Assembly: GCA_963793425.1 (NCBI GenBank)
Contig: CAWCAG010000001.1
Span: 128,001 to 192,000 of the forward strand
Source of the DNA: an uncultured cyanobacterium
GTDB lineage: Bacteria; Cyanobacteriota; Cyanobacteriia; Cyanobacteriales; CAWCAG01
Reading direction: 5' to 3'
DNA length: 64,000 bases
A program made the translations under genes and the position numbers. The notes below the pieces were generated by a model that worked only from the letters and a program-made list of their open reading frames with translations, ran no database searches and was not told the origin of the DNA. Of this stretch, positions 32,118 through 44,250 are shown one piece after another; the stretch's first letter is position 1, and every line of letters starts with the position of its first letter.

Positions 32118-32290
32118 ACGCTCTATCTTATCAGCCCGCTTTTGAGTACGAGTCTTCTTAAACTGGCGATAGTGATGAAGAGGGATAGGGCCACCTACAG
32201 GAGTATAGGGGCCATAACGCTGTTCTCGATGTTCAACATAAAGTTGGTGATCGAATAAACCCCATAAGATGTAGCCGTTTTTTGTACCAA
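32100..32290 (-). mobile_element. Internal fragment of a DDE transposase/integrase (IS481-like)
   Basis: Minus frame reads LWGLFDHQLYVEHREQRYGPYTPVGGPIPLHHYRQFKKTRTQKRADKIERLAKQL, recalled as typical of this transposase group; not search-verified. Confidence 0.55.
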
Positions 32291-32362
32291 AATTCTTCGC
32301 TCAGAGCTACGAAATGGTATATAATATCTAACAGCAACGACAAGCCGTACACTGATCATTGA

Positions 32363-34297
32363 TCATTGATTTATTCCCCACCTTTTTTTACTAGAACTAC
32401 TCAACTTTTCCTGCCAATAAGGAATATTAGGATGATCTGGTTCGACTCTTTGCCACATACCTAACCAAGAGTGAGCAGGACTTTTTTCATTTTGAGCCAA
32501 ATAAAACTCAATTTGTGTTTGACAGTAAAGGGAAAATTCTTGGTAATGAAAACTTTTCCACTGCAACATAGATTTTAGTAACTTTCCTGCGGCATCATAA
32601 TCTTTTTCTTGAATATGTCTTCTGGCTAAATTAATCCGGGCAAAAGCATAGTTAGGATGTTGTTCAATGATTTGCTTAACTAAATCTAAAGCCTCTTCTT
32701 CACGCCCTTGCTGTTCGTAAGCAACGCTCAAATTAAACATCAAATCAGGGGCACTTGGCTCTTTTTCTAAACATTTTTGTAGAATGACTTCAGCTTCTTG
32801 GAATTTGTCTGTTTTTAAGCAAGAAATTGCTTCTCCAAGAGCTTTATTAATTTTAGAACCATGATTTTGGGTCGGTTCGTCGTGAATCTCCATCCCCAAC
32901 AAAAGTATTTCTTGCCAAGATCCTTGTAACCACATCCGCACCTCTCCGGCAGGAATTAAGCCTGCTTCTGAGGCTATTTGAGCAGCTTCTTGGCGCATCA
33001 CATCTGGCCCTTGATCTCCCAAAGCAAAATCTTTCAATATTGCCAGCATTTCTGGAGTTTCAGCCATTGAAGCTAAGTACAAAACAAACTGTCTAACGGA
33101 AGGGTCGCCTCGTTCTAATAAGATAGGAATTAATGTGACTAATTCTGGGTGCTTTTGTAAATAACCTTGGGCTTTTTCACTATGGGTTTTACCTTCTTCT
33201 CGAAACAACTCTAGCAACTCAGTTACCATCGCTGAAGTAATCCAACTAGTTATAGGAAAAGCCCAGGCAGGATGGTGTTCACTAGGGAGTTTTTTGTGGT
33301 TAGCTAAATTGTTTTGTGCCAGTTCAAATCCTGGGGATTCTTCAAGAATTTCTTGCCAAATTTGTACGGCTTTTTTCCCATTTCCTTGGTTAACATAAGC
33401 TACAGCAGCTAGGTGTTGTAGTAAAGGAGTATAAATTTGGGGGTCAGTCTTTTCATAAATTGCGATCGCTCCAGCATCATCCCCTAAATAAGAAAGTGCT
33501 TCCGCTTGTTTGATTGGTAAATCCTCAGACTTATGTTCAACTAGTTTTAGCTTTTCCCCCACTGGCTTTGCTTCTTCAATTTGTCCGTTTAAGACCAAAA
33601 AGCGACAGAGATTACTTAAGGCATGGAAATTATCGGGGTCTTTATCTAAAACATTTTGAGCGGCTTGAATAGCTTTGGGAGTATTGTTTTCTGCCCAATA
33701 GGAAAGACTAATATTATTGTGTGCCGGAGCAAAATTGGGTTGATGAACGAGGATTTGTTCTTCTAATTGCCGAGCTTTTGGTAATTCCCCTCTCTCTAGT
33801 GCAGACATAGCTTGCTCATGTAATAAAGCTAAGTCGCGGCCATTTTCTCCTGATAAACCCATTTCCTTAATGAGTTCCTCAAGAGTGTTTTCTATGTTAA
33901 CTACTGTTTGCTTAATTTCTTGAGCTTTTTCATCATCAGGATAGGCTTGAAGAAATTCTTTAAAAGCCCCCACTGCCATTAAGGGTCGAGTATTATTCAT
34001 ATAAGCCCCGGCTAACCCCAACATGGCCTCTTTATTTTTAGAGTCAACAGCCAAAAGTTTCTCTACCGCTTGCTCATAGGCTTTGATATCCCCTAGTACA
34101 TAACAAAAATTAGCTCTTGCTGATAATACTTCTTGATAATTAGGAAAACGTTCTTCAAGTTCTGTTAATAAATCTTCTGCTTTTTGCCACTGTTGCTGAG
34201 AAAGAAATTTTTCGACTCTAATAATGCCAGATTTCAAGGCTTGAGTATTGGTGACAAAACCACCAGCAGGTTTAGAACGTTTCTTTCTTTTGGCCAT
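32363..34297 (-). CDS. TPR-repeat protein
   Basis: Repeated helical TPR patterns such as PNFAPAHNNISLSY and PDLMFNLSVAYEQQG. Confidence 0.8.
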   Translation of the reverse strand: MAKRKKRSKPAGGFVTNTQALKSGIIRVEKFLSQQQWQKAEDLLTELEERFPNYQEVLSARANFCYVLGDIKAYEQAVEKLLAVDSKNKEAMLGLAGAYMNNTRPLMAVGAFKEFLQAYPDDEKAQEIKQTVVNIENTLEELIKEMGLSGENGRDLALLHEQAMSALERGELPKARQLEEQILVHQPNFAPAHNNISLSYWAENNTPKAIQAAQNVLDKDPDNFHALSNLCRFLVLNGQIEEAKPVGEKLKLVEHKSEDLPIKQAEALSYLGDDAGAIAIYEKTDPQIYTPLLQHLAAVAYVNQGNGKKAVQIWQEILEESPGFELAQNNLANHKKLPSEHHPAWAFPITSWITSAMVTELLELFREEGKTHSEKAQGYLQKHPELVTLIPILLERGDPSVRQFVLYLASMAETPEMLAILKDFALGDQGPDVMRQEAAQIASEAGLIPAGEVRMWLQGSWQEILLLGMEIHDEPTQNHGSKINKALGEAISCLKTDKFQEAEVILQKCLEKEPSAPDLMFNLSVAYEQQGREEEALDLVKQIIEQHPNYAFARINLARRHIQEKDYDAAGKLLKSMLQWKSFHYQEFSLYCQTQIEFYLAQNEKSPAHSWLGMWQRVEPDHPNIPYWQEKLSSSSKKRWGINQ

Positions 34298-34431
34298 GAG
34301 TTTAAGTTCAGGATTAATCTTTACTTAATAGTTTATCTAGATTAGACAATAGTCAAGTCAAAAAGGCTCCCCAGCTCCCCAGCCAAAAAAATCGAAACCT
34401 ACACTTGTAAGCCCCGTCCCTCTATCTCAAC

Positions 34432-35442
34432 TCAAACCTCAGACCCAGCAACACTTAAAGTCTGGAAACAAACCCGATTTCGCCCCTTTCTTTTCGCTTC
34501 ATAAAGAGCATTATCTGCTTGATTAATTAAACTTTCAGGAGAGCAAGCGGGGTCAGGAATAGTACTAGCAATACCAAAACTCAGAGTAATATAGTTGCTG
34601 ATTAGGGAACCTACATGGGGAATAGCTAAAGAATGCAAATGTTGTTTAATGTTTTCCGCCACTTTAACAGCCCCCTCTCCGCCAGTATTAGGTAAAATAA
34701 TGGCGAACTCTTCTCCTCCATAACGAGCCGCCAAATCTCCGGGGCGCTTGGTATTAGCTCCGATAATCTGAGCTACTTTGAGCAAACATTTATCTCCAGC
34801 TAAATGACCGTAAGTATCGTTATAAGCTTTAAAGAAGTCTACATCGCAGAGGATTAAAGAGAAAGATTGTTTCTGTCTTGTCATCCGTTTCCATTCGTAA
34901 AGAAAAGTTTGATCAAAACAGCGACGATTAGCAATCTGAGTTAAACCGTCCACACTAGCAAGACGGTGTAGCTTTTGATTGGTAATTTCTAACTCTTCGC
35001 TGAGCATTTTTTCTCTCTCGATCTGTAGCTTTAGTTCTTGCACTAGCCACCAGGTCTGAATTAAACGGCGAACTCGCTGGCGCAAAACAGCCCAGTGAAT
35101 TGGTTTGGTGATATAGTCTGTGGCCCCCACATCAAAAGCTAAATCTACAGAAGTTTGATCCTCTAGGGCCGTAATCATTAATACAGGAGGACAATTTTTG
35201 CCTAATAACTTATGCAATTGAGCGCAGCAAGTAAAACCATCTATGCCTGGCATCATCGCATCTAATAACACCAGATCCGGCTGTTGTTTGAGGCAAATTT
35301 CTAGACACTCTTCTCCATCACAAGCATCAATAACTTTATATCCTTCTTTAGCCATTGCTCGACGCAAGACCATTCTGACGGTTTTCTCGTCATCTACAAT
35401 CAGAATTAAGGGGGACTTTTTCCGTAGTTCAGGCTCAATCAT
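34432..35442 (-). CDS. Response regulator diguanylate cyclase (REC-GGDEF, PleD-like)
   Basis: [30 protein letters not shown]-site, RYGGEEF. Confidence 0.95.
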   Translation of the reverse strand: MIEPELRKKSPLILIVDDEKTVRMVLRRAMAKEGYKVIDACDGEECLEICLKQQPDLVLLDAMMPGIDGFTCCAQLHKLLGKNCPPVLMITALEDQTSVDLAFDVGATDYITKPIHWAVLRQRVRRLIQTWWLVQELKLQIEREKMLSEELEITNQKLHRLASVDGLTQIANRRCFDQTFLYEWKRMTRQKQSFSLILCDVDFFKAYNDTYGHLAGDKCLLKVAQIIGANTKRPGDLAARYGGEEFAIILPNTGGEGAVKVAENIKQHLHSLAIPHVGSLISNYITLSFGIASTIPDPACSPESLINQADNALYEAKRKGRNRVCFQTLSVAGSEV

Positions 35443-38400
35443 GGTCGCTTGGGTTGGCTATGTGTTCTCTTTGCAAGGCATCAACTACTCTTTTGTACTC
35501 AACCTGGAGTCGTTCTAGTAATTTGTCTACTCCGGTGGTAGTACCGATACGGCCAATCATTTCAATTTCTCCAGCTATACGTCCTAGAGGTATAGCCCCT
35601 ACAGTAAGGCTTAAAGATTTGAGGGCGTGGGCAGATTCTCTTAAGGTTAAGAGGTTGCTGGTAGCTAAGGCAGAACGAATTGATTCTATTCTTAAGGGTG
35701 CATCTTCAAGATAACTATCAAGCATTTCTTGGAAGCTATTCTCTTCTCCAGTGTTGAAAAGGGTTTTTAAACTAGTAAGTACTTGCTCATCTAAAGGCTT
35801 TACACTAGCTTCTGATGGTTCTTCTAAAGACTCACTATCTTCTAGATGATTCTCCTTGAACAAAACTTGAGGAATATTACCATTAGTTTGGGATAATGAG
35901 GTCATGAAGATTTCTCGCTCTGCCAACTCTTGCTTTTCAAGTTCTTCTTGCTCTAAGCTAAGAGGCAGTATGGATAATTCTTGGTTATAGCCGTTAGTTG
36001 CAGAACCTGTCTCTTCGTGTTCTTCGTGTTCTTCGTGTTCTGCTTGTTCTGCTTGTTCTTCGGTGATAATCTTGCCATACTTACTTAATATATTGACCAA
36101 ATCTTCTGTACGTACAGGCTTACTAATATAATCATCCATACCTGCATCAAGGCACTCTTCGCGATCTCCCCTCATTGCATGGGCTGTCATGGCCACAATC
36201 CGGGGTTGCTTTTCAGGAAGAATTCGTTTGCGAATACGAGTGGTAGCTTCTAAGCCGTCCATTTGGGGCATTTGTACATCCATAAAGACTAAATCATAGG
36301 ACTGGCGTTGTAAAGCTTCGATGGCTTCTATACCGTTATTGGCGACATCGGCGCGATAGCCTAAGCGTTGTAATAAAAGTAAGGCTACTTTTTGGTTAAC
36401 GACCACATCTTCCACTAAAAGGATGCGGAGAGGAAACTGAGAACCCAGTACTAACTCTGGGGTTGAGGGCAAGCTATTTTCAACTTTAACCGGGATTGGT
36501 TGGGAAGCCACAATGCGATTCAAAGCTTCGTAAAGTTGTGCTTGTTTGATCGGTTTGCTCAAAGAAGAGGCAAATCTCGCTCTACCACCAATTTCTTCTA
36601 AGCTAAGTTGCCCCACTGAACTGAGCAAAACTAAAGGTAGGTCTTGATAGTCAGGTAAAGCCCGAATCTCTGCTGCTAAGGTGATACCATCCATTTCTGG
36701 CATCTGCATATCAAGGATGGCGAGATCAAATTTTTCCCCAGCTTTGAGCCACTGCAAAGCTACTAAACCAGACTCGGCGGCCTTGATTTTCATCCCCCAA
36801 GAGCGTGCTTGCATGGTGAGGATTTTGCGGTTAGTTTGATTATCATCCACAATCAGCAAGCGTTTATTTTTTAACTCTGGTTGAGGAACTTTGAGGTTAA
36901 CCCAATCTTCATCAGGAGCAGTAGTTCCTTGGATGGTGAAGTGGAAAGTAGAACCCTCCCCAATTTCACTTTCTACCCACATTTTGCCTGCCATTGACTC
37001 GCTTAAACGCTTGCTAATCGCTAAACCTAAGCCCGTACCGCCATATTGCCTGGTCATGGAGGCATCAACTTGGCTGAAGGGTTTAAACAGCCTTTCTAAC
37101 CTTTCTGTGGGGATGCCAATGCCTGTATCCCTAACTGAGAAATGAATTTCGTAGGTGGGGTGAGAATTTTCTTGCTCTTGAGTTAAAACCTCAGCTTCGA
37201 CAGAAACAATTACTTCCCCAGATTCAGTAAACTTGACAGCATTGCTCAGTAAATTAGTTAAAATCTGTCTGAGGCGGGTCACATCCCCTACTACCATAGA
37301 AGGGGTTTGTTGCCCTAATAAATAAGCTAGTTCTAATCCTTTGGCGCTTGCTTGGGAAGCAACTAAATCTAAGGCTGACTCTATACAGGCTCGGAGGTTA
37401 AAAGGCTGCTCTTCTAGCTCTAACTTACCTGATTCTATTTTAGAAAAGTCGAGGATATCATTAATAATGGTGAGGAGAGAATCACTACTATTACGAACAG
37501 TATTAACAAAATCTTCTTGCTGATAATCTAATTCCGTATCCAACAACAAACCCGTCATACCAATGATGGCATTCATGGGGGTACGGATTTCGTGACTCAT
37601 CATGGCCAGAAACTCACTCTTAGAGCGATTGGCTTTTTCTGCGGCTCTTTTGGCTTTCTCCAATTCCAAATTTTTAGTTGTTAGTAGAGAACCCTGTTGC
37701 TTTTCTTGTTCGAGGTAATGGGCTTGGGTAAGGGCAATTCCGACTTGATCTGCTACTGATTCAAGTAGCTTAATTTCTTTTTCACTCCAAGGACGGAAGC
37801 GATCGCATTGGTGTAAAACGATAACTCCGTTGGGTTGGTTATTATAAGATGTACGCACTGCCAGTAAGGATTTTAAATCTGCTTGGCGATAAATTTGGGC
37901 TGTGGTTTCCGGTAAATTCTGGTCATAAACATCCCCAATCGCCGTGGCTTTGTCTTGAGCTAAAATTTGCTCTTCTATGGGTAAAGAGATATCGACTAGG
38001 GAATCGTAGCCTGTTGCTAAATATTCTGCTACTAAAGGAACTTCCGGTTGAATTTGGGTAGTATAACTATAAATTAAGCAGCGATTAACCCCAAAGGTTT
38101 GCCCAATTAAATCAACGGTGGTTTGGAAAATTTGTTGACTAGAGAGGGTGGAGCGAATTTCTGTGGTAATACGTTTGAGAAGGTGTGCTTGGTTAATTTG
38201 TTGCTCTAAGGCTTGTTTAGACCAAGAACGCTCAATTTCATTACCTACCCACTGGGCCATTAATTTGAGAATTTGGCGATCCCCGTTTTTAAAAGGCGTT
38301 AGTTTAGCTTGGGGACTCGAAAAGCTTAAGGTTCCATAAATTTGTCCATTTACCACTACTCCTACCCCAATATAGGCTTCGAGCTTGAAAATACCGCCGT

Positions 38401-40066
38401 AAGCAGGGTGATTGCGCCATTCAGATTTCCCGGCAGCCACAAAACTAATGGGTTCGTCGGCTAAAAGTGTCTCGCTACAGTAGGTTTGGCGGACATTTAA
38501 TTCTGTGCCAGGGGGAATGGAAAAAGGAAAGCTGGGGGGAGTTTGGCAAGCAATGACTTGATAACAATCTCCTTCTACCTGGGATAGTAGCCCAATTTCT
38601 AAGCCAAATCGTTCTCTTCCCATGGTCAAAAGTTTTTGTAACCTCTGGTCTAAATTGAGTTTCGGGGCAGAGGCTACTTCATGAAGGGTGCGAATGCCAG
38701 CTTCGGCGTCTCGGAGTTCAATTTCCGCTTGTTTACGCTCTGTAATCACTTCAGAGAACATAATGATGCCGCCAATTTCTTGGTCATTATTGCGCCAAGG
38801 GTGAATCTCCCATCTCACCCAATCTAAGGAACCATTACCATGGAGTATAGCTTCTTCTTCACATTTTTTAATTTCTCCTTCTAAACAAGCGTTATGGATT
38901 TGTTGAGTTGTTGGAGATGTATCCGGGAAAATTTCGTAGTAAGAGTGGCCCACTAATTCTTGTTTTTCTAAGTTGTGATCCCGTAACCAACGGTTGGAAG
39001 CTACTAGGTAGCGCATTTGCTTGTCGAACATCGCTACCCCCGCTGGAGTATACTCAACAAAAAGGCGAACCCTGGCTTCACTTTGCTCTAAAGCGACTGC
39101 GGCTTCTTTACTTGAGGTGATATCCCGCGCCACCCAAATCACAGAATGCTCCGACATTGGAGAAATACTAGCAGCAAACCAAACTTGTTGTTCTCCTAAG
39201 CTTAAGTTGTACTCAAAATAGATTGTTTCTTGAGTGGTTAAGGAATTTTGTATGGCAGCGGAAAAGGTTTCTGCTTGGCTACCTGTTAAAAACTGGTTGA
39301 ATGTTTCGCTAATTACATCTATGCCCGGTTCGTAATTATGGGCATAGTTGGTGGGCATCACCTGTAAATTAGGGCCAGGAAATTCCACAACTAAGATAAT
39401 ATCAGTCATAGCTTCTAAAACAGCCCGCATTTCCGCTTCACTAGAGCGGAGTTTTTGCTCTAATAGCTTGCGATCAAAGCTCTCTTGGTTTTTCGCTTTG
39501 TTTGCTTCTTCTAGCTGTTGCGTCCCTTTGACAAGTTGCTGTTTTAGCTCAGTGATGGTTTTTTCTAAAATTTGCTCCTGAGTTTCTCTAGCAAACAAAG
39601 GCGCTTGGGCTAAACTCTCAATTTCAGGGAGATGTTGTTTAGATTCTAATAGTTTTAATAAATGGTTTTGGGTAACAATTCCTGCTACCTGATTTTCTTC
39701 ATTTACTACAGGAAGGTAAATAATATTACGTTGATTAAATAAGCTTAATAAGGAACTGAGATCGTAACTTTCTGTAGCTAATAGGGTGAAAGGTTGTCGA
39801 GTCATCACCGAAGCGACAGTAACTTCCCCTAAATTGTTATTATGGGTTATAACTTGCAGGAGATTACTCTCTGTAAAAATTCCTACTAGGTGTTTTTGTT
39901 CAACCACCAAAGCGTAACCAACCTCTCTCTGTTGCATTTGAGAAATAGTTTCTCTTACAGCAGCGTCGGCAGTTACAGTTAAGGGGTTTTTGGTGATTAC
40001 TTGCTTCAAGGTTAAAAACTTTGTGTGGGAATTATTAGCTGACATTATTATTTGGGTAGATGTCAA
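35435..40066 (-). CDS. Hybrid sensor histidine kinase (CBS-PAS-GAF-GAF-HisKA-HATPase-REC-REC-Hpt)
   Basis: [32 protein letters not shown], two REC domains (LDMQMP, MDVQMP), AHALKSLS Hpt; overlaps REC-GGDEF start. Confidence 0.95.
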   Translation of the reverse strand: MTSTQIIMSANNSHTKFLTLKQVITKNPLTVTADAAVRETISQMQQREVGYALVVEQKHLVGIFTESNLLQVITHNNNLGEVTVASVMTRQPFTLLATESYDLSSLLSLFNQRNIIYLPVVNEENQVAGIVTQNHLLKLLESKQHLPEIESLAQAPLFARETQEQILEKTITELKQQLVKGTQQLEEANKAKNQESFDRKLLEQKLRSSEAEMRAVLEAMTDIILVVEFPGPNLQVMPTNYAHNYEPGIDVISETFNQFLTGSQAETFSAAIQNSLTTQETIYFEYNLSLGEQQVWFAASISPMSEHSVIWVARDITSSKEAAVALEQSEARVRLFVEYTPAGVAMFDKQMRYLVASNRWLRDHNLEKQELVGHSYYEIFPDTSPTTQQIHNACLEGEIKKCEEEAILHGNGSLDWVRWEIHPWRNNDQEIGGIIMFSEVITERKQAEIELRDAEAGIRTLHEVASAPKLNLDQRLQKLLTMGRERFGLEIGLLSQVEGDCYQVIACQTPPSFPFSIPPGTELNVRQTYCSETLLADEPISFVAAGKSEWRNHPAYGGIFKLEAYIGVGVVVNGQIYGTLSFSSPQAKLTPFKNGDRQILKLMAQWVGNEIERSWSKQALEQQINQAHLLKRITTEIRSTLSSQQIFQTTVDLIGQTFGVNRCLIYSYTTQIQPEVPLVAEYLATGYDSLVDISLPIEEQILAQDKATAIGDVYDQNLPETTAQIYRQADLKSLLAVRTSYNNQPNGVIVLHQCDRFRPWSEKEIKLLESVADQVGIALTQAHYLEQEKQQGSLLTTKNLELEKAKRAAEKANRSKSEFLAMMSHEIRTPMNAIIGMTGLLLDTELDYQQEDFVNTVRNSSDSLLTIINDILDFSKIESGKLELEEQPFNLRACIESALDLVASQASAKGLELAYLLGQQTPSMVVGDVTRLRQILTNLLSNAVKFTESGEVIVSVEAEVLTQEQENSHPTYEIHFSVRDTGIGIPTERLERLFKPFSQVDASMTRQYGGTGLGLAISKRLSESMAGKMWVESEIGEGSTFHFTIQGTTAPDEDWVNLKVPQPELKNKRLLIVDDNQTNRKILTMQARSWGMKIKAAESGLVALQWLKAGEKFDLAILDMQMPEMDGITLAAEIRALPDYQDLPLVLLSSVGQLSLEEIGGRARFASSLSKPIKQAQLYEALNRIVASQPIPVKVENSLPSTPELVLGSQFPLRILLVEDVVVNQKVALLLLQRLGYRADVANNGIEAIEALQRQSYDLVFMDVQMPQMDGLEATTRIRKRILPEKQPRIVAMTAHAMRGDREECLDAGMDDYISKPVRTEDLVNILSKYGKIITEEQAEQAEHEEHEEHEETGSATNGYNQELSILPLSLEQEELEKQELAEREIFMTSLSQTNGNIPQVLFKENHLEDSESLEEPSEASVKPLDEQVLTSLKTLFNTGEENSFQEMLDSYLEDAPLRIESIRSALATSNLLTLRESAHALKSLSLTVGAIPLGRIAGEIEMIGRIGTTTGVDKLLERLQVEYKRVVDALQREHIANPSDHD

Positions 40067-40289
40067 AGAAATATTTAATATTTAGTGTTTTAGATCGCAA
40101 CTTTGGGAATATTAAATAACTAAAACATTTTCTGTCCAAGCAAAATAAAATCCCCATTCCAAAATAACCTATGGAAATTGAGTTTGCTTTTTTTTGGGTA
40201 ATGTAATGTCTGCACCCTAACATGATTTTTCTGTTACTTTTTCCCCTAACCTTTACCCTTTACCCATCAATTTAAAAATTGACAGAGTA

Positions 40290-41126
40290 TTAGTCTGTCT
40301 TTAAATCAGCTTTAGCTTGCTGCCAAAGGGCTTCTAACTGCTCTAATCCATACTCTGTTAGGGAATTTTCAGCCAAGGTTTCCATCTTGGCAAAACGTTG
40401 ACTAAACCTTTTGTTAGTACCTTGCAATGCTTCTGTGGGATCTATATTGTACCAGCGTGCAATATTAATTAAAGTAAAGAGAATATCACCAAATTCTGCT
40501 TTTTGCTGAACTTCATCTTCTTTTTGTAAAGCCTCACGGAATTCGGCTAATTCCTCTTGAAACTTTTCCCATACTCCCTCGACATTTTCCCACTCAAATC
40601 CTTGCTGAGCAGCTTTTTGAGAAATTTTCATTCCTGCGGTTAAAGGAGGTAAACTTCGGGAATATTTAGCCAATTTACGACTGATTAATTGCGCCTCTTC
40701 TAAGGTTTCTCCCTTCTCTAGGGCTTTGATTTGTTCCCAATTATGACGCACCTCATCGGCACTATCAACTGAAACATTAGCAAACACATGGGGATGACGG
40801 CGAATTAATTTCTCGGTAATGCCTTGGGCTACTTCAGCAAGACTGAATTGTTGAGACTCCCCGGCAATTTGCGATTGTAATACCACCTGTAAGAGTAAAT
40901 CTCCTAATTCTTCGGCGATCGCCTGACTATCTCCAGTGCGAATGGCATCAACCACCTCATAAGCTTCTTCAATCACGTAGGGAATGAGAGTCTCTGGTGT
41001 TTGGGCTAAATCCCAGGGACAACCTCCTTGGGGGGATTGCAGTTGGGCAACCACTTCAACTAATCTTTCTAATGCTTCTAAGGTAGCTTGAGAGACAACT
41101 TGAGCCTTTTCCTCTGTGCTGGACAT
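40290..41126 (-). CDS. mazG: Nucleoside triphosphate pyrophosphohydrolase MazG
   Basis: GCPWD..QT, EEAYEV, EELGDLLLQV, KLIRRHPHVF. Confidence 0.95.
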   Translation of the reverse strand: MSSTEEKAQVVSQATLEALERLVEVVAQLQSPQGGCPWDLAQTPETLIPYVIEEAYEVVDAIRTGDSQAIAEELGDLLLQVVLQSQIAGESQQFSLAEVAQGITEKLIRRHPHVFANVSVDSADEVRHNWEQIKALEKGETLEEAQLISRKLAKYSRSLPPLTAGMKISQKAAQQGFEWENVEGVWEKFQEELAEFREALQKEDEVQQKAEFGDILFTLINIARWYNIDPTEALQGTNKRFSQRFAKMETLAENSLTEYGLEQLEALWQQAKADLKTD

Positions 41127-41173
41127 TGATTACCTTGGGGCTATTATGGATGATTGATTTTACAATTCAAGCC

Positions 41174-41722
41174 CTATTTCTTGCTTCGGGAAGACTTACT
41201 CTGATTAATCTTCTTGCGCCTTTTTTGCCAACGCTTGTAACTAGAGCCAGTCCAGTCACTGAAAGAATGACTCATTGCTCCTAATTCTAAACCAAGAAAA
41301 AGAGCGATTCCTTCAGCAGGGTAAAGATAAAACCAATCAAAAGTTTTTTGGGCAAATTCTTGCCAATTCCAAGTAAAGCCCCAAATTAGCTGGGCAATTG
41401 CTGTAATCAACATTCCCACCAGAGATAAAATGCCCAAAAAATAAACCAATCTTAAGCTAGTACCAATAATTAAGCCGTGGGATAAACTAGAACGGTGGCG
41501 GAGAGCTTTTTGATAAGGTCGCCAAATCCAGCGTAACCAGCCCCAACGCTTGTACTGCACAGAATAAATATCTAAATCCGGACCAAACATTAAGCCGCTA
41601 AACAGAAAAGTTGCTGCCACAATTAAAGTTAACTTAGGGTCACGAGTAACTAATAAAGTTAGCCCACTTACCCAAGGTAAACTCCACAAAGTGATGCGAT
41701 CATGGGTTTTACCAGAAGGCAT
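41174..41722 (-). CDS. DUF2227 family metal-binding membrane protein
   Basis: MPSGKTHDRITL, GPDLD, HRS.LSHG, SHSFSD. Confidence 0.85.
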   Translation of the reverse strand: MPSGKTHDRITLWSLPWVSGLTLLVTRDPKLTLIVAATFLFSGLMFGPDLDIYSVQYKRWGWLRWIWRPYQKALRHRSSLSHGLIIGTSLRLVYFLGILSLVGMLITAIAQLIWGFTWNWQEFAQKTFDWFYLYPAEGIALFLGLELGAMSHSFSDWTGSSYKRWQKRRKKINQSKSSRSKK

Positions 41723-41767
41723 AGAGTTTTTTTCGACAATTTGTGCTAATCTATTTAATGTTGCCTA

Positions 41768-41839
<72 letters not shown>

Positions 41840-41857
41840 TGTTTAAAATTTTTGCTA

Positions 41858-42508
41858 TTAACCATTGTTAAAAATAACAGAAAGGTTATTGGCAGGCATA
41901 GAAACTACTTCTTGTAAAGCGAAGTCACATTTCTTAGCAACTTCGATAACCTCATCAAGATCCCTTATACCCCACTCTGGGTTACGTTGCCGTAGGGAAA
42001 GATCAAAGTCTTGGTTACTTGGTGCAGTATGTTGGCCATCTTGCTTGAAAGGGCCATACAAATAAAGAATACCTCCTTTCGATAAAATACGCTTAGCCCC
42101 TGCCATCAAGCCTAAACAAGCTGCCCAAGGTGCAATATGAATCATATTAATGTTGACAATTGCGGTAATGGGATTATTTTGTAAGGTGGGTAATGGTTGC
42201 TTTTCAATCGACCATAGAGATTCTTGGACATCAATATCAACTGGGGAATGGAGATTATCTGCTGGTGAATCTTCACACCAAGCTTGAATACTTGCTCTGG
42301 CGAGGGGGTTGGGATCACTAGGCAACCAATGACGAGGGTATAAGGAAGGGGCAAAAAAGACAGCGTGTTCCCCTGTACCACTAGAAATTTCTAAAACTGT
42401 ACCTTGGGGAGGCAAAACTCGCGACAGTACAGCCAAAATAGGTTCCCGATTGCGTTGGGTTGCTGGTGCATAGCTTTTGGAGTCTTGATTTTGATTCATG
42501 TTCAGCAA
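41858..42508 (-). CDS. DUF938 family SAM-dependent methyltransferase
   Basis: APATQRNREPIL, LEISSGTGEHA, INMIHIAPW, YGPF, MPANN. Confidence 0.9.
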   Translation of the reverse strand: MLNMNQNQDSKSYAPATQRNREPILAVLSRVLPPQGTVLEISSGTGEHAVFFAPSLYPRHWLPSDPNPLARASIQAWCEDSPADNLHSPVDIDVQESLWSIEKQPLPTLQNNPITAIVNINMIHIAPWAACLGLMAGAKRILSKGGILYLYGPFKQDGQHTAPSNQDFDLSLRQRNPEWGIRDLDEVIEVAKKCDFALQEVVSMPANNLSVIFNNG

Positions 42509-42549
42509 AAGCCTCTATTTGTAGTAGCCTAACCCAGCCAAGATTGTGT

Positions 42550-42611
42550 GTTAGGGCGGGTTTATTTAGTTTGATGTCAATCTCACAATTTGACTCCAAA
42601 CCTGCCCCTAC
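42550..42611 (-). repeat. GTAG-type REP-like repeat (same family as 3475-3537)
   Basis: Reverse complement GTAGGGGCAGGTTTGGAGTCAAATTGTGA...TAAATAAACCCGCCCTAAC. Confidence 0.75.
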
Positions 42612-42876
42612 TATTGCATCATTTTAGCTGTGTCACGCCAGTAGCGTAACGCACCTTTGACTCTATATATGGTGTAGCTGCGTAAGTCCTGCTAAAGTAT
42701 GGTTTTATGTACTTCTCTAACATATTTCCGAACAGAGAGTTTTCGTATTCAGGAAAATTCTATAGAATTGATCAGAAAAATAAAAACAAAGCCATTATTT
42801 ATTATCTTCACACTGATTTTTTACTCTAGCTTTTGCTGTGAAGGGAAGAGGATTTTCGCAAATGATAATATTTCCT

Positions 42877-44220
42877 TCACTGTTTACTTGCTAACTTTTT
42901 TAACTGCTGTGAAATCTCCACCTTAAAAGGAACTGGCTTACTTATTTGTACTGTTGAACTTGGTAAACTAGCCACAGAATTAGCACTACGTTCACTAATA
43001 GTTTCTAAAGAATCTGCTTCATTGCAACATTCTCCTTGCTTCATCACTAACCTTAAAAGACTTTCTTCCCCCGCTTGAGGAACTTCTGTCGCTAAACCTA
43101 ATCTATCTTGAATAAACTTACTTCCTTGCCTTTGACGAAAAATCTGTTTTTTGCCAGGATAAGTACTCTTATTTAAAGACTTCTTGCTAGTAGGAATACC
43201 ATCAATTTCTACTAACTTATAAACCCCATTTACTGGCGCACCGGTAACTAACTTTGTTCCTAAGCCATAACCATTAATACAAGCCCCAGATTCCTTTAAT
43301 TGGGCAATCTTCCACTCATCTAAATCTCCGCTAGCAAAAATAGTCACCTCTGGTAAAAGCGATCGCACCTTCTGGGATAAGTTAACTAAGTCCCCAGAAT
43401 CTAAACGTATTCCTGTTAAATGCCGTTTCCCTGCTTTTACTTCCTCTGCCAACCGACTAGCCGCAGCGATAGTATCGTAAGTATCAATCAACAAAGGGGC
43501 TTGAGGAAAATAACGGCTAAAAGCGGTGAAAGCTTCATCTTCTCCCCCCGCCATTGCACCTATAGCCATAACTAAAGCATGAGCCATTGTACCAGAGGGT
43601 TTACGCCCTAGTTTTAAAGCGGCTAAAACATTAGAAGTGCCATCTAATCCTCCCGCGATTCCAGCCCTAGCAGCCCATATAGCCCCTTGGGGACTAAAAG
43701 CCCTTCGTGTACCAAATTCCAACAAAATCGCTTCTTTCCCTGCAACCTGGCGTAAGCGGGCAGCTTTGGTGGCGATTAAGGTTTGGTAGTTAATGGTGTT
43801 GAGGAGATAAGTTTCTACCAATTGTGCTTGCCAGAGGGGGGCTTCGATCCGTAATAATGGTTCATGGGCAAAAACCGCTGTCCCTTCTGGAATTGCCCAC
43901 ACATCCCCAGTAAAGCTACCTGATTCTAGCAAAGTCCAGAATTGCTCTGGCGCTTGGTTGAAAATTCCTGTTTGTTGTAAGGAAGCAATTTGTTGAGGAG
44001 TGAAACGCAGCTTTTGTAAGTATTCCAAAGCTTGGGTTAAGCCCATAGCAATTAAATAGCCATAGTTTTCTGGCAAGCGACGGGTAAATAGTTCAAAGCT
44101 GGCAGGCTTTGTAGCTAAGTCTTCCCCGACATAACAAGCTGTCATGGTTAGCTGATACAAGTCAGTTAACAGGCTATAATCCTCGCTAACCACAGTTAAT
44201 TCTTGTTCTTTGGTAATCAT
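42877..44220 (-). CDS. pncB: Nicotinate phosphoribosyltransferase
   Basis: LLTDLYQLTM, EFGTRRA, GTMAH, LIDTYD, IRLDSGD, GVYKLVE. Confidence 0.95.
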   Translation of the reverse strand: MITKEQELTVVSEDYSLLTDLYQLTMTACYVGEDLATKPASFELFTRRLPENYGYLIAMGLTQALEYLQKLRFTPQQIASLQQTGIFNQAPEQFWTLLESGSFTGDVWAIPEGTAVFAHEPLLRIEAPLWQAQLVETYLLNTINYQTLIATKAARLRQVAGKEAILLEFGTRRAFSPQGAIWAARAGIAGGLDGTSNVLAALKLGRKPSGTMAHALVMAIGAMAGGEDEAFTAFSRYFPQAPLLIDTYDTIAAASRLAEEVKAGKRHLTGIRLDSGDLVNLSQKVRSLLPEVTIFASGDLDEWKIAQLKESGACINGYGLGTKLVTGAPVNGVYKLVEIDGIPTSKKSLNKSTYPGKKQIFRQRQGSKFIQDRLGLATEVPQAGEESLLRLVMKQGECCNEADSLETISERSANSVASLPSSTVQISKPVPFKVEISQQLKKLASKQ

Positions 44221-44250
44221 TTTTGGTGCAATGTGTGGCTGATTTCACAA

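Noticed and set aside
36011..36060. 9-bp tandem repeats in the hybrid kinase
   Set aside because: In-frame low-complexity linker ([16 protein letters not shown]); ordinary microsatellite
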